NCBI GenBank assembly: GCA_965235115.1
Contig: OZ249438.1
Span: forward strand, 37,510,001 to 37,574,000
Reading direction: 5' to 3'
DNA from: Laetmonice hystrix
Taxonomy: Eukaryota
Length of the DNA: 64,000 nucleotides
Part shown: in pieces, positions 37,243-50,789 of the stretch
Numbering within the stretch: the first letter of the stretch is position 1
How the letters are laid out: each line of letters begins with the position of its first letter
The notes under the pieces: generated by a model
Told to the model about the DNA's origin: nothing
Database searches by the model: none
The model's input: the letters and a program-made list of their open reading frames with translations, nothing else
Made by a program: the position numbers and the translations under genes

Positions 37243-39392
37243 CAGCCATGGCTGTGTGTGGACCTGTCCCACTAACAGCCATGGCGGTGTGTAGACCTGT
37301 CCCACTAACAGCCATGGCGGTGTGTAGACCTGTCCCACTAACAGCCATGGCGGTGCCTGGACCTGCCCCACTAACAGCCATGGCGGGGTCTGGACCTGTC
37401 CCACTAACAGCCATGGCGGTGTGTGGACCTGTCCCACTAACAGCCATGGCGGTGACCTGATCTGTCCCACTAACAGCCATGGCGGTGTCTGGACCTGTCT
37501 CACTAACAGCCATGGCTGTGTCTGGACCTGTCCCACTAACAGCCATGGCTGTGTCTGGACCTGTCCCACTAACAGCCATGGCTGTGTCTGGACCTGTCCC
37601 ACTAACAGCCATGGCGGTGTGTAGACCTGTCCCACTAACAGCCATGGCGGTGCCTGGACCTGCCCCACTAACAGCCATGGCGGGGTCTGGACCTGTCCCA
37701 CTAACAGCCATGGCGGTGTCTGGACCTGTCTCACTAACAGCCATGGCTGTGTCTGGACCTGTCCCACTAACAGCCATGGCTGTGTCTGGACCTGTCCCAC
37801 TAACAGCCATGGCTGTGTCTGGACCTGTCCCACTAACAGCCATGGCAGTGTGTGGACCTGTCTCACTAACAGCCATGGCGGTGTCTGGACCTGTCCCACT
37901 AACAGCCATGGCGGTGTGTGGACCTGTCCCACTAACAGCCATGGCGGTGTGTAGACCTGTCCCACTAACAGCCATGGCGGTGTGTGGACCTGTCCCACTA
38001 ACAGCCATGGCGGTGTGTGGACCTGTCCCACTAACAGCCATGGCGGTGACCTGATCTGTCCCACTAACAGCCATGGCGGTGTGTGGACCTGTCCCACTAA
38101 CAGCCATGGCGGTGTGTGGACCTGTCCCACTAACAGCCATGGCAGTGTGTGGACCTGTCCCACTAACAGCCATGGCGGTGTGTGGACCTGTCCCACTAAC
38201 AGCCATGGCGGTGTGTGGACCTGTCCCACTAACAGCCGTGGCGGTGTCTGGACCTGTCCCACTAACAGCCGTGGCGGGGTCTGGACCTGTCCCACTAACA
38301 GCCATGGCGGTGTGTGGACCTGTCCCACTAACAGCCATGGCGGTGTGTAGACCTGTCCCACTAACAGCCGTGGCGGTGTGTGGACCTGTCTCACTAACAG
38401 CCGTGGCGGTGTGTGGACCTGTCCCACTAACAGCCATGGCGGTGTGTGGACCTGTCCCACTAACAGCCATGGCGGTGTGTGGACCTGTCCCACTAACAGC
38501 CATGGCGGTGTGTAGACCTGTCTCACTAACAGCCATGGCGGTGTGTGGACCTGTCCCACTAACAGCCATGGCGGTGTGTGGACCTGTCCCACTAACAGCC
38601 ATGGCGGTGTCTGGACCTGTCCCACTAACAGCCATGGCGGTGTCTGGACCTGTCCCACTAACAGCCATGGCGGTGACTTGATCTGTCCCACTAACAGCCA
38701 TGGCGGTGTCTGGACCTGTCCCACTAACAGCCATGGCGGTGTGTGGACCTGTCCCACTAACAGCCATGGCGGTGTCTGGACCTGTCCCACTAACAGCCAT
38801 GGCGGTGTGTGGACCTGTCCCACTAACAGCCATGGCGGTGTGTGGACCTGTCCCACTAACAGCCATGGCGGTGTGTGGACCTGTCCCACTAACAGCCATG
38901 GCGGGGTCTGGACCTGTCCCACTAACAGCCATGGCGGTGTCTGGACCTGTCCCACTAACAGCCATGGCGGTGTGTGGACCTGTCCCACTAACAGCCGTGG
39001 CGGTGTCTGGACCTGTCCCACTAACAGCCGTGGCGGTGTGTGGACCTGTCCCACTAACAGCCATGGCGGTGTGTGGACCTGTCCCACTAACAGCCATGGC
39101 GGTGTCTGGACCTGTCCCACTAACAGCCGTGGCGGTGTCTGGACCTGTCCCACTAACAGCCATGGCGGTGTCTGGACCTGTCCCACTAACAGCCATGGCT
39201 GTGTGTGGACCTGTCCCACTAACAGCCATGGCAGTGTGTGGACCTGTCCCACTAACAGCCATGGCGGTGTGTGGACCTGTCCCACTAACAGCCGTGGCGG
39301 TGTCTGGACCTGTCCCACTAACAGCCATGGCGGTGTGTGGACCTGTCCCACTAACAGCCATGGCGGTGGGTGGACCTGTCTTGCTAACAGCC
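37243..39392. repeat. 33-bp minisatellite, ~65 units
   Basis: Unit GGACCTGTCCCACTAACAGCCATGGCGGTGTGT; explains the 728-aa and 790-aa minus-strand ORFs. Confidence 0.98.
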
Positions 39393-40663
39393 ATTCTACA
39401 AAGCCGAGCCGGGGAACGACGGAGGCAATTCGAAAGAGCTGGTAGATATTCTAAACTACGCCTGACAAGTTGATCAATTATTGATGTTTCCTGAATCAGT
39501 TGTGATGGGGTGGAAAAGCAGCTTAAGTGATTGGCCGAGGCAAGGGCCTGGGCATGGGCTTGGTACATTATTCACATAGCCCCGCCATAGAGTGTACCAC
39601 GGGGCAGAGTTGAAAGGTCAGGGTGGATGTAGTTGTAAAAGTTGACGTCGGATTGTGAACCAGCCAGTTGTGACAAATTGGCCTGAGACAACAATTCCCA
39701 AAGCAATGTTCACCTGTGCCGTCCGACAAATCACAGCCTCCGTTTTATGCCTACAGCTATTTAGCAGATGGGGACTTCGAGATCGGACAAAAAGCTAACT
39801 TCTTCACGATCTCTAAGAAATGAAAATATTTTTGCAGTCCTTCAGTTGCGGATGGGATTAACCCCCCCCCCCCCACCCCCACCCCTCCAAATAAATACAA
39901 AACACGGAGGCATGTTTTTCCTGAGGGTTTTCAATGAAAGGTTGGTGCCTCAGAAGTCGCCTGAAGGAATCGCTTGTTGATTCCAGATACCAGGAGTGTA
40001 CCCTCTCGTACAATACCCGCCCTGTCCACAGGTCAGGAGCACTCTCAAGTTTTGTGCTAGCAGCGCAGAGGTGGATCCCCTGGGAGATAAGGCGGCCTCA
40101 AATAGCCGAACGATCCCGTCTAAGGTTGAGGCGGACTGAGGGCGAGATATAGAACTAGGTATGATGACGTGGGAAAGCCGCAGCTTAGCCAGGGGCCAGG
40201 GGTCACGTGGGAGTTACGCCCTTCCCGATATTCGCTGCGGTTTCATAATCGAAAATAGATGACCACGAACTGGCCGTGGATGTATAAGTGGCCAAAAGGC
40301 TGGCAGACAGGCAGCAACTGGTATTGGCAGACTGGTCGACTGGCGGTCTCGCTAGGGTTGGATGTCCCGTCGGGGAACACTTTTGCCAATATCGATTATG
40401 TCAATGTGAATGAAGTTTGCTGAAACAAACGGGCAGGAAGACTGATATGGGGGATTTTAGTGCTAAATGATGTATCTGCCTACATGGATTTGAATGGGTC
40501 TTAGGAGGCTTACTCTCCCATGGAAGGAGCCTGCAGAGAGATATCCCTTAATATTTTAATCCCGGTTTCTGCCTCTAATGTATCTTGATGTATCTTAATA
40601 CTCGTGGAAATCATTACAGTGAGCTGTCGGTCGTGTAAGGCTTGACGACAGAACGTTAGTAGT

Positions 40664-41957
40664 CCCCGCCGCTCGTGTATGACGTCAGAACGTGATTTCT
40701 CTGCCGCTCGTGTAGGACTTGACGTCAGAACGGGATTTCTCTGCCACTCGTGTAGGACTTGGTGTGAGAACGTTAGTGGTCTCTGCCACGTGTAGGACTT
40801 GGTGTGAGAACGTTAGCGGTCTCTGCCACTCGTGTATGACTTGACGTCAGAATGTGAACGGTCTCTGCCGCTCGTGTAGGACTTGACGTCAGAACGTTAG
40901 TGGTCTCTGCCGCTCGTGTAGGACTTGGTGTGAGAACGTTAGTGGTCTCTGCCGCTCGTGTAGGACTTGACGTCAGAACGTTAGCAGTCTCTGCCACTCG
41001 TGTAGGACTTGGTGTGAGAACGTTAGTGGTCTCTGCCACTCGTGTAGGACTTGATGTGAGAACGTTAGTGGTCTCTGCCGCTCGTGTAGGACTTGACGTC
41101 AGAACGTTAGCGGTCTCTGCCACTCGTGTAGGACTTGACGTCAGAACGTTAGTGGTCTCTGCCACTCGTGTAGGACTTGATGTGAGAACGTTAGTGGTCT
41201 CTGCCGCTCGTGTAGGACTTGACGTCAGAACGTTAGTGGTCTCTGCCGCTCGTGTAGGACTTGACGTCAGAACGTTAGCGGTCTCTGCCGCTCGTGTAGG
41301 TCTTGGTGTGAGAACGTTAGTGGTCTCTGCCGCTCGTGTAGGACTTGGTGTGAGAACGTTAGTGGTCTCTGCCACTCGTGTAGGACTTGATGTGAGAACG
41401 TTAGCGGTCTCTGCCGCTCGTGTAGGTCTTGGTGTGAGAACGTTAGTGGTCTCTGCCGCTCGTGTAGGACTTGGTGTGAGAACGTTAGTGGTCTCTGCCA
41501 CTCGTGTAGGACTTGATGTGAGAACGTTAGTGGTCTCTGCCGCTCGTGTAGGACTTGGTGTGAGAACGTTAGTGGTCTCTGCCGCTCGTGTAGGACTTGG
41601 TGTGAGAACGTTAGTGGTCTCTGCCACTCGTGTAGGACTTGACGTCAGAACGTGATTTCTCTGCCACTCGTGTAGGACTTGACGTCAGAACGTGATTTCT
41701 CTGCCACTCGTGTAGGACTTGACGTCAGAACGTTAGTGGTCTCTGCCACTCGTGTAGGACTTGACGTCAGAACGTTAGTGGTCTCTGCCACTCGTGTAGG
41801 ACTTGATGTGAGAACGTTAGTGGTCTCTGCCACTCGTGTAGGACTTGACGTCAGAACGTTAGCGGTCTCTGCCACTCGTGTAGGACTTGATGTGAGAACG
41901 TTAGTGGTCTCTGCCACTCGTGTAGGACTTGACGTCAGAACGTGATTTCTCTGCCAC
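40664..41957. repeat. 42-bp minisatellite (40-bp variants), ~30 units, 15 carrying TGACGTCA
   Basis: Unit GTCTCTGCCGCTCGTGTAGGACTTGACGTCAGAACGTTAGTG. Confidence 0.97.
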
Positions 41958-41959
41958 CT

Positions 41960-43039
41960 TGTGTCCTTGCGGCCCTCGCTGTCAGTGTCCGGTACCGGTG
42001 TGGTCCTTGCGGCCCTCGCTGTCAGTGTCCGGTACCGGTGTGGTCCTTGCGGCCCTCGCTGTCAGTGTCCGGTACCGGTGTGGTCCTTGCGGCCCTCGCT
42101 GTCAGTGTCCAGTACCGGTGTGGTCCTTGCGGCCCTCGCTGTCAGTGTCCAGTACCGGTGTGGTCCTTGCGGCCCTCGCTGTCAGTGTCCAGTACCGGTG
42201 TGGTCCTTGCGGCCCTCGCTGTCAGTGTCCAGTACCGGTGTGGTCCTTGCGGCCCTAGCTGTCAGTGTCCAGTACCGGTGTGGTCCTTGCGGCCCTAGCT
42301 GTCAGTGTCCGGTACCGGTGTGGTCTTTGCGGCCCTAGCTGTCAGTGTCCGGTACCGGTGTGGTCCTTGCGGCCCGAGCTGCCCGTGTCCAGTACCGGTG
42401 TGGTCCTTGCGGTCCTAGCTTCCCGTGTCCAGTACCGGTGTGGTCCTTGCGGCCCTCGCTGTCAGTGTCCAGTACCGGTGTGGTACTTGCGGCCCTCGCT
42501 GTCAGTGTCCAGTACCGGTGTGGTCCTTGCGGCCCTAGCTGTCAGTGTCCAGTACCGGTGTGGTCCTTGCGGCCCTAGCTGTCAGTGTCCGGTACCGGTG
42601 TGGTCTTTGCGGCCCTAGCTGTCAGTGTCCGGTACCGGTGTGGTCCTTGCGGCCCTCGCTGTCAGTGTCCAGTACCGGTGTGGTCCTTGCGGCCCTAGCT
42701 GCCCGTGTCCAGTACCGGCGTGGTCCTTGCGGCCCTCGCTGTCAGTGTCCAGTACCGGTGTGGTCCTTGCGGCCCTAGCTGTCAGTGTCCAGTACCGGTG
42801 TGGTCCTTGCGGCCCTAGCTGCCCGTGTCCAGTACCGGTGTGGTCCTTGCGGTCCTAGCTTCCCGTGTCCAGTACCGGTGTGGTCCTTGCGGCCCTCGCT
42901 GTCACTGTCCAGTACCGGTGTGGTCCTTGCGGCCCTCGCTGTCAGTGTCCAGTACCGGTGTGGTCCTTGCGGCCCTGGCTGTCAGTGTCCAGTACCGGTG
43001 TGGTCCTTGCGGCCCTGGCTGCCCGTGTCCAGTACCGGA
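41960..43039. repeat. 40-bp minisatellite, ~27 units
   Basis: Unit GTGGTCCTTGCGGCCCTCGCTGTCAGTGTCCAGTACCGGT; directly abuts the 42-bp array. Confidence 0.97.
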
Positions 43040-43469
43040 CCTGTTATTGAGGGAATGGTCACCTCGAGGCGAGAACAAGCGGCCAGCCGGCCACACGACT
43101 GTGGAATGTGAAACATTATGACGACGCAGACGACAGTCGGAGTGACATTAGTCGGTCGTACTTCTTTCATTCCAATCTCAATAACTCTCCTGAGAGCCCT
43201 GTGGTGGTTTCCCAAACGGTGGCAATCAGGGTGACCAGTGCTGATATAAACTTCATCCTGACCATGCCCAGTCCGAGATTTATGACGTAGTTTGTTCTCT
43301 CTGATTGCCTTGATGGTATTTATGCTGATGGGACTTCCTCTCCACTTACTGCCCTGTGTGGAGGCAGGTGAGGAAGCAGCTAGCAGGATGTGGGGGTCGT
43401 TATATCCATCAGAACAGAAATAGCTGGAGGATGATGGCTTCATAGTGGCATCGTCCCCGTACAGAGACA

Positions 43470-44118
43470 GACCAAAACCGGGCAGACCAGAGGGGTCAGG
43501 CCGGTCTTGTACATAATACACACTCCCACCCCCGCCGCCCAGTACACACATGCCAAAACCGGGCAGACCAGAGGTCAGGCCGGTCTTGTACATAATACAC
43601 ACTCCCACCCCCTCCCCACCCCCACACACACATACCAAAACCGGGCAGACCAGAGGGGTCAGGCCGGTCTTGTACATAATACACACTCCCACCCCCTCCC
43701 CACCCCCCATAAACACATACCAAAACCGGGCAGACCAGAGGGGTCAGGCCGGTCTTGTACATAATACACACTCCCACCCCGCCGCCCCGTACACAGATAC
43801 CAAAACCGGGCAGACCAGAGGGGTCAGGCCGGTCTTGTACATAATACACACTCCCACCCCCGCCGCCCCGTACACAGATACCAAAACCGGGCAGACCAGA
43901 GGTAAGGCCGGTCTTGTACATAATACACACTCTCATCCCCGCCGCCCCGTACACAGATACCAAAACCGGGCAGACCAGAGGTCAGGTCGGTCTTGTACAT
44001 AATACACACTCTCACCCCTGCCGCCCCGTACACAGATACCAAAACCGGGCAGACCAGAGGTCAGGTCGGTCTTGTACATAATACACACTCTCACCCCTGC
44101 CGCCCCGTACACAGATAC
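43470..44118. repeat. 79-85-bp tandem repeat, 8 units
   Basis: ACCAAAACCGGGCAGACCAGAG recurs at about 43471, 43552, 43634, 43719, 43799, 43880, 43959 and 44038. Confidence 0.95.
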
Positions 44119-45172
44119 CGGGGTCAGTTCGGTCCTAGCACGAAGCCCGCGAAACCACTGAGATAAGTAAAGCCAGACGTTGTGGAGGCTCAGGACCTGT
44201 ACATAGGTCGTGCATGGTCGTCGCTGGTCATTGTCTTAACTCGACTTGTCACGTTTGTTGACTGACTTTCACCACCGAACCTTCATTATTGATCCTATCT
44301 CGCCATGGCCGTGTCTATTTCCGGTCCCTGTATGCCCTGTACGGCGGAAACATGCTTGGAGTCTGAAGTGAAAATCACAGAGGCTGAAAATGTTATCAAT
44401 ATTTCATAATGAAATTGCATCCTCCTTGATAAGCCGAATAAGGTAGGAAATGATAAGGGGAGTTAGAAGGGAGTTAAGGGGAGTTCTAGACAGGCTATAT
44501 GCTGAGGATCCTCTACGACTGTTGTTACTGATTTAATGCCATCCAGAGCAAACACTGATGGAACATTTCCCCTGACAGGCTCTACAGTCTCCCGATACAA
44601 ATTACCGCGCCGACATTGTATTTTCTCGTTAGTATTTCATATTTAGAGGATTACGGTGTAGGGTTGTGTAGCTGCCTGCCTATAAAGATTTTGATGTAAT
44701 GTCATTTCACAGATCGATATGTGTAATTATAGATCTCCACAGAGGACAGACCAGGAGAAACTGTCGTATTGCTCAGCCGAGTCGAACCACACGTTTCTAT
44801 GAAACCTCCTTAAATCACCCCCATAGAAACCTATCCGGGCTGAACATTGGCAGCGGGACCGCAATGACCAGGAGTCCGACCCAGATACAGGGCAAGGTGG
44901 GGGCAGTGGGCAGATACAAGTTGTAGCCCTTCCAAAGGTCAGCGGGTGCTCGTCGAGCGTGAAGTCTGCCGCCCAAACAGATTGAGGGCACCGGCCATTC
45001 AGGCGAGGACATCACGTTTACACATTGGTGGGATATGAATGTGATGGGTACTTGCTTTGATCTATGACTGCGTGCATATTGTCGGACTGACAATAAAATA
45101 CTGAGGAACATTTCACGGTGAACAAACCATGGTCATCTAGATGTCAGCCGTTATCTTTTCGTTCTCACTCGT

Positions 45173-45927
45173 TAAGGTTAGCACTTGGCCTGTGTTAAAG
45201 GTTGACTCTAGGCCTGTGTTAAAGGTTGACACTTGGCCTGTGTTAAAGGTTGACTCTAGGCCTGTGTTAAAGGTTGACACTTGGCCTGTGTTAAAGGTTG
45301 ACACTTGGCCTGTGTTAAAGGTTGACACTTGGCCTGTGTTAACGGTTGACACTTGGCCTGTGTTAAAGGTTAACACTTGGCCTGTGTTAAAGGTTGACAC
45401 TTGGCCTGTGTTAACGGTTCACACTTGGCCTGTGTTAAAGGTTAACACTTGGCCTGTGTTAAAGGTCAGCACTTGGCCTGTGTTAACGGTTGACACTTGG
45501 CCTGTGTTAAAGGTTGACACTTGGCCTGTGTTAAAGGTTGACTCTAGGCCTGTGTTAAAGGTTGACACTTGGCCTGTGTTAAAGGATGACACTAGGCCTG
45601 TGTTAAAGGTTGACACTTGGCCTGTGTTAAAGGTTGACACTTGGCCTGTGTTAAAGGTTGACACTTGGCCTGTGTTAAAGGTTAACACTTGGCCTGTGTT
45701 AAAGGTTGACACTTGGCCTGTGTTAACGGTTAACACTTGGCCTGTGTTAAAGGTTGACACTTGGCCTGTGTTAACGGTTCACACTTGGCCTGTGTTAAAG
45801 GTTGATACTTGGCCTGTGTTAAAGGTTGACACTTGGCCTGTGTTAAAGGTTGACACCTGGCCTGTGTTAAAGGTTGACACTTGGCCTGTGTTAAAGGTCA
45901 GCACTTGGCCTGTGTTAAAGGTTGACA
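45173..45927. repeat. 24-bp minisatellite, ~31 units
   Basis: Unit GTTGACACTTGGCCTGTGTTAAAG; explains the VLKVDTWP ORF. Confidence 0.97.
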
Positions 45928-47553
45928 ATGCTCGTATCATCGTCTGCCATTGGTCAGTTAGATGTCATACCCTTTCCTGCCATTGGTTGATCTAGCGCCT
46001 GTGTCTAAAGCCCACTTCTGCAATCGCTGGGACTTCCGGTGTCAACATCCCGTACGACAAACCGGCGTTGTCTTTCCGAGTATACATGACCGTCGGGCTC
46101 GATGGGGCTCGATGGGGTTATAGACATGCTCTGTCTCGGTTGTCAGTCATATACATGTAAGTTCCCCTGTGGTCTTCTTGTTGCATGGCACACCACTTCC
46201 TGCCAAATACTTTGGTAATTCTTTCACTGCCGCCAAGCCATGACTCACTGAACCGGAAGAAGCATTGATTGCATTGATTGCAGCGCACATGCGCAGTGAC
46301 TGGTGTTGCCTAGCGGACTCTACGTGAATTAGTTTAGCGAAACTCCCATATTCATTGGGAAAGATGTTTTCTCAAAATAATTGAATTGTTCTCAACTAGA
46401 ATTATCAAACTGATCTGAAAGCATTTGTCTCGAATGGCAGGTGAATCGTGAAAGATTGAAGTGAGTGTGTTTTTTAAGAGATGACCTTTACTGGGTGAAA
46501 TGTTGTGAAGTTGTTGGCCGGCTGACGGCCGTAATCGCCTAATTAGTAGAGAGTAAAATGTGTCGGTTCTCTAGTTTTACACAGTACTTAGCATGCAGTT
46601 ACCGTGGAAACCGGAACCATCCTGGGTGTAAAACGATATAATATCGAGTTAATAACGTTCAAGTCAAAGTAATGGTGACCAATAATTATAGCATGATTAT
46701 GAAAACATCAATACTTTCGACCTCACTAATAGCATTGATTAATGGCAGTATTTCACTAATGATTTTGAAATTCAAATCGCACGCTTTGCAAGTTTTTTTA
46801 AACACAGGAACTTAATATTCATTTTTGAGTAACACGGCATTTTTCAAGCTGAAAGAATGTGTTAACACTGCAGAATGTAAGGAATATCAGAGTTCAGTTT
46901 TGGACAGTACTAGGAGATCAAATTTGGAAAAACGCTGCCAACTTTTACAGCCTGAGTCAGAGGGCAGTCTAATTGGTGGATTAGAAATGTAGATTGAAAA
47001 TAAAAATGGAAAGCTATAAAGCAGGCCCCAGGAGGTAATGAACGGATTCTGTTAATGAGGCATTTAGCAGAACTGATATCATCCATTACCATGTGAAACT
47101 GATTGCAAAGATAAGATAATTCAATAGATTGCCAAGATAAGATATTTCCGTAGCGCTTGCATGTCGCTGTAGTAAATGCCTGCATGTCGCCGCCCCCAAC
47201 CCACCTCCATCGATTGTAGATCCCGACCTAAAGGGTGGAGAGTTGTACCCCATGCCCACCCCTATACGGTCCCAGGGTGGCGGGCAGGGAGTTCAGGGGT
47301 GAACAGCTGCTGTGAATTATTAAACAACTTCGCGGAAACACTTCAGGAATTTCAGAAAATAAGTGGCAGACAAAGTGACAAAGTGATGTTTTAGTAAGTT
47401 TTAGTAAACTCATCCTCTTTTCAATTTTTAATCCTTGACTCCAAAAGAGCTACGTTAGCGATCAAATATTGAAACTTTGACATTGATAGAAGGCAGTTTT
47501 TACACGGTCTATAAAAGGTGTATGATCAGGTGTGCAGACAAGTAAAACACGTT

Positions 47554-47736
47554 ATTCCCCTGTGGTAACAGTCCCATGATATTTAGGGTAAAGTTTAGGG
47601 ATAGGGGAATGGCTAGGGGTTGGGGTAAGTTTTTGGGGAGGTCTCGGGACCGCGGTTGGGGGGATTAGGTTTCAGAATGGTGATAGATTGATGAGTTTTT
47701 ATTCCCAAATGTTGTGTTGAAGTTACTATGGGGGAA
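47554..47736 (+). mobile_element. dispersed G-rich repeat family copy 2, with imperfect inverted ends
   Basis: Core GGGGTAAGTTTTTGGGGAGGTCTCGGGACCGCGGTTGGGGGAT; ends TTCCCCTGTGGTAAC ... GTTACTATGGGGAA are imperfectly complementary. Confidence 0.4.
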
Positions 47737-50700
47737 CACACCGTAAAGTGAACTGTTCGCAATGCTGAGAACGCTAAACAGCCTTGAGGAACGGCATGTT
47801 ATGCCATGATAACCTGAATGAGTTAATTGTATTCACACCTTTGTCAATTAGGAAAGGAAAACATTGAAATTTATTCTTAGTCAGAGTATATTTAAATTAC
47901 TGGGTGCGGAAGTAGCATATCAAGTCTATTAGGTGGACTTAAAATGCTAATCCATCTGCCAAGAAGATTTAAGCAGAGGTGCCAATGAGAATATACACAT
48001 ATTCAATTAGCATAAAAGTCATTTCAGTTTCAACACAGTAACAAACTCAACTAATCATTTCATGAATGCAGTTCCTACATTTCGGATAAAACGGTTTCGA
48101 CAGGTGTCATAACTAAATAAGAGGCGCGCCTGTCTCAGTGAAGACTGTAGCATTAGGCCTCGTTAGTATTCGCCAAGTGTTTGCTGAGTAGAAAGTGCAG
48201 GGCTGTAATGGACAAAGCATGTGGCAATCGGCAAAAAAGGACTGACTGTGTTAACAAGGCTTCAGTCCGTCCTCGGCGGGGAAATTTACCAAGTGGCAGA
48301 TTGGTAGGGTTTAGGAGAGGCGAGTCAATCTGGCAGACAGCCTGCCATGCCAGGTCCACAGGTCGTTAGGTCAGCCAGGCCCTCAGGCCGCCGGGTCACG
48401 TTTAGTGGGGCTGTCAGTAAGGGTAATCAGCCGTGCTGGTAAGACAAAACTCGGACCACTTGAAAGGCAGGCCCAGCTCCTGTCGCCATCCGTCCTCGCC
48501 TCCGACTTGAATCGTAATGATACCCACTGCCCAGTGAAGCGTCCAGTTTCGGCTCCGTTAATAACAACCCATACTTTGGATCCTGTTATTTTTGGAAGAG
48601 AGTTCTTCTTCTCTCAAGGACCACGTCGGCGCTGATAGGAGGACTGTTGCGTTGATGACCGAGGACTTCTTTGAGATCTTATTTTTGGTTGCCCAGTGGC
48701 GAATATGTGATTGTCATTGTTAAGGTATAGTGATTACTAGTACCTGGTAAGCCCTGGGATTACTGTACCTCTGTTCTACCCAAGCAGGATACGATTGGCC
48801 CATATGTCATTTATACACAGTGCTGTCTATAACACTATATACCTATTTATGTCTACTTTGATAGTCATGACAAGCAGGTATTACATCCAGGTACAATCAA
48901 AACGGGACCTGAAATGTCCTGACCACCTGTAAGACAGAGCATCATTGATTTTTGTGCATCCCCTGACAGAGTCATCTCTTCTTTCACTTTCTTTTCTCTG
49001 TGTTTTTTTTAAATGAGGCTGTCAGTCTGCTATTGCCAACGTGACCTTTGACCTTCTGACAATGCCCGTGAATCAAAGCCACAAGAGATAGCCTGTCGAC
49101 GTTCAGGCGACATACAGGAGCCAAGGAAGGATCGTACATTCTACAACCACTGATCCTATCTTACCTCTGACCCTTCGTTCGGGTCAGTCCTGTCGTCCAG
49201 CCACATTTAACACCGTAAGATCGGAACATTTACCTGCAGTCAGAGTAATGCACCATTGTCAAGTTAAGTTGACCTTTAAATCGGAAATAAACGTGTCTTA
49301 CGTAAAAAGGGAGGCGGAATTTTGTTATAGCTAAGTCGGGATCTACAATCAACTATTGTTTAAAGTAACCTCCCGGTAAACATAAGTCAGGTTACTGGTC
49401 ACAGGGGACCCAAAATATTTAAGAGTTGTTAAGGTTGTTTATTCCCTACTCGACGTCTGATATACAAGATCGCCAACGGTTGCATGGTCGTCGAGACAAT
49501 GTAAGATAAAGTGAGAACAATAGATTAACAAAACAACGTAACGAACGGAGTAACGAAGAACGGCAGTTTGAGCCACCTACTATACGGAATATCTACTGTA
49601 ATGAATGTGTTTTTGTAAGTAGTATATGAAGAGTTGCCTTTAACACAGGTTCTTATAGAGATTGGTACCTAGTAGTATACAGGAAGTAGCCTCACGGAGC
49701 GATACGGTACAAGTCCATATTATAATTGTAGTCGTGATGTAAGAGCCGCTTTTTATAGAATTAAATGACGTAAACTATGCGATGGTAGCAAGTCCTTGTT
49801 GTGTGAAGTAGCCACCGCCTAAATCCTTTGTAAAAACAAGTGCTTGATGGTCAGATAGGTAGGCTACTTGTGCTCAATGAAACATGAGTAGGGTATGAAA
49901 AGAGGCCTTTGGTGCCGATATGTCAGGCGGGCGGTGCACGTATACAGGAAACATCCTTTGATGATTAGACGTTAGGACTAAAACATGGGTAGATTGGTTA
50001 TTGAATACCACGTGTACTCGTATGGTTAGAGATAGTCTCTCCCAGTATCTCTGACACCAGGTGGGTTCCCGGTTATTATGAGGTCTATCATGATTGGAAG
50101 AAAGGAGAATATGATCTCGTATGTATATAGGAATCACACGCAGGTAAAACGGCATAAACTATGAAAAAGCCATTTACATAACAAAGGTATTACTAAACAA
50201 GGCGTGAACGGATGGCATGCTTGCAGATGATATCAGTGTGGAGGTAACGTCACCATCTATACAGACTGAGTCAGAATCATTTTTTAATTTATTTATAGAG
50301 CTACGCCAGTCTTAGAACAAAAACATGCGCGACTACCTGAAACTTGTGTGGCATTGAATTTTCTTTCATTAGACGCAGCTGTTTTGTTGGAAAGCATATC
50401 CTTTGGACTATAGAGATCTATTTCCTTTGATGCGTCACCCTAGCCGGCGTGATGGGCGGGGTACATATTGATGCTTCCTTCCATCAGAAGGGACCACAGT
50501 TTGCCGATGTATTATTAAGAGGTAGCAGGCGTTTAGAGTAAAAAAAACTATTTCGCTAGGCCAAAGGAGCAATATCCCATAGAGGTCAAAGCATTGAGCC
50601 TGTGACTGGCACACGGGCCTTAATTGTCTCCCACGGCCATCGTCATTGTCTTTGATGTCATCTCCATTGCACCAACCCAAAGAGATGGTCACATACAAGG

Positions 50701-50789
50701 GTCAGCTTTGAATGGAATACATCGTGGTACACCGAGAATAACTTTGAGATGCCTTATCTGGTGTTGTATCCACCCGGCCATATCCCTGA

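Noticed and set aside
37165-39568. 728-aa and 790-aa minus-strand ORFs (GQVHTPPWLLV and TAMAVSGTGPH repeats)
   Set aside because: They are a by-product of a 33-bp unit that lacks stops in several frames. Overlapping frames are open simultaneously, there is no non-repetitive domain, and they lie antisense within a neurexin intron.
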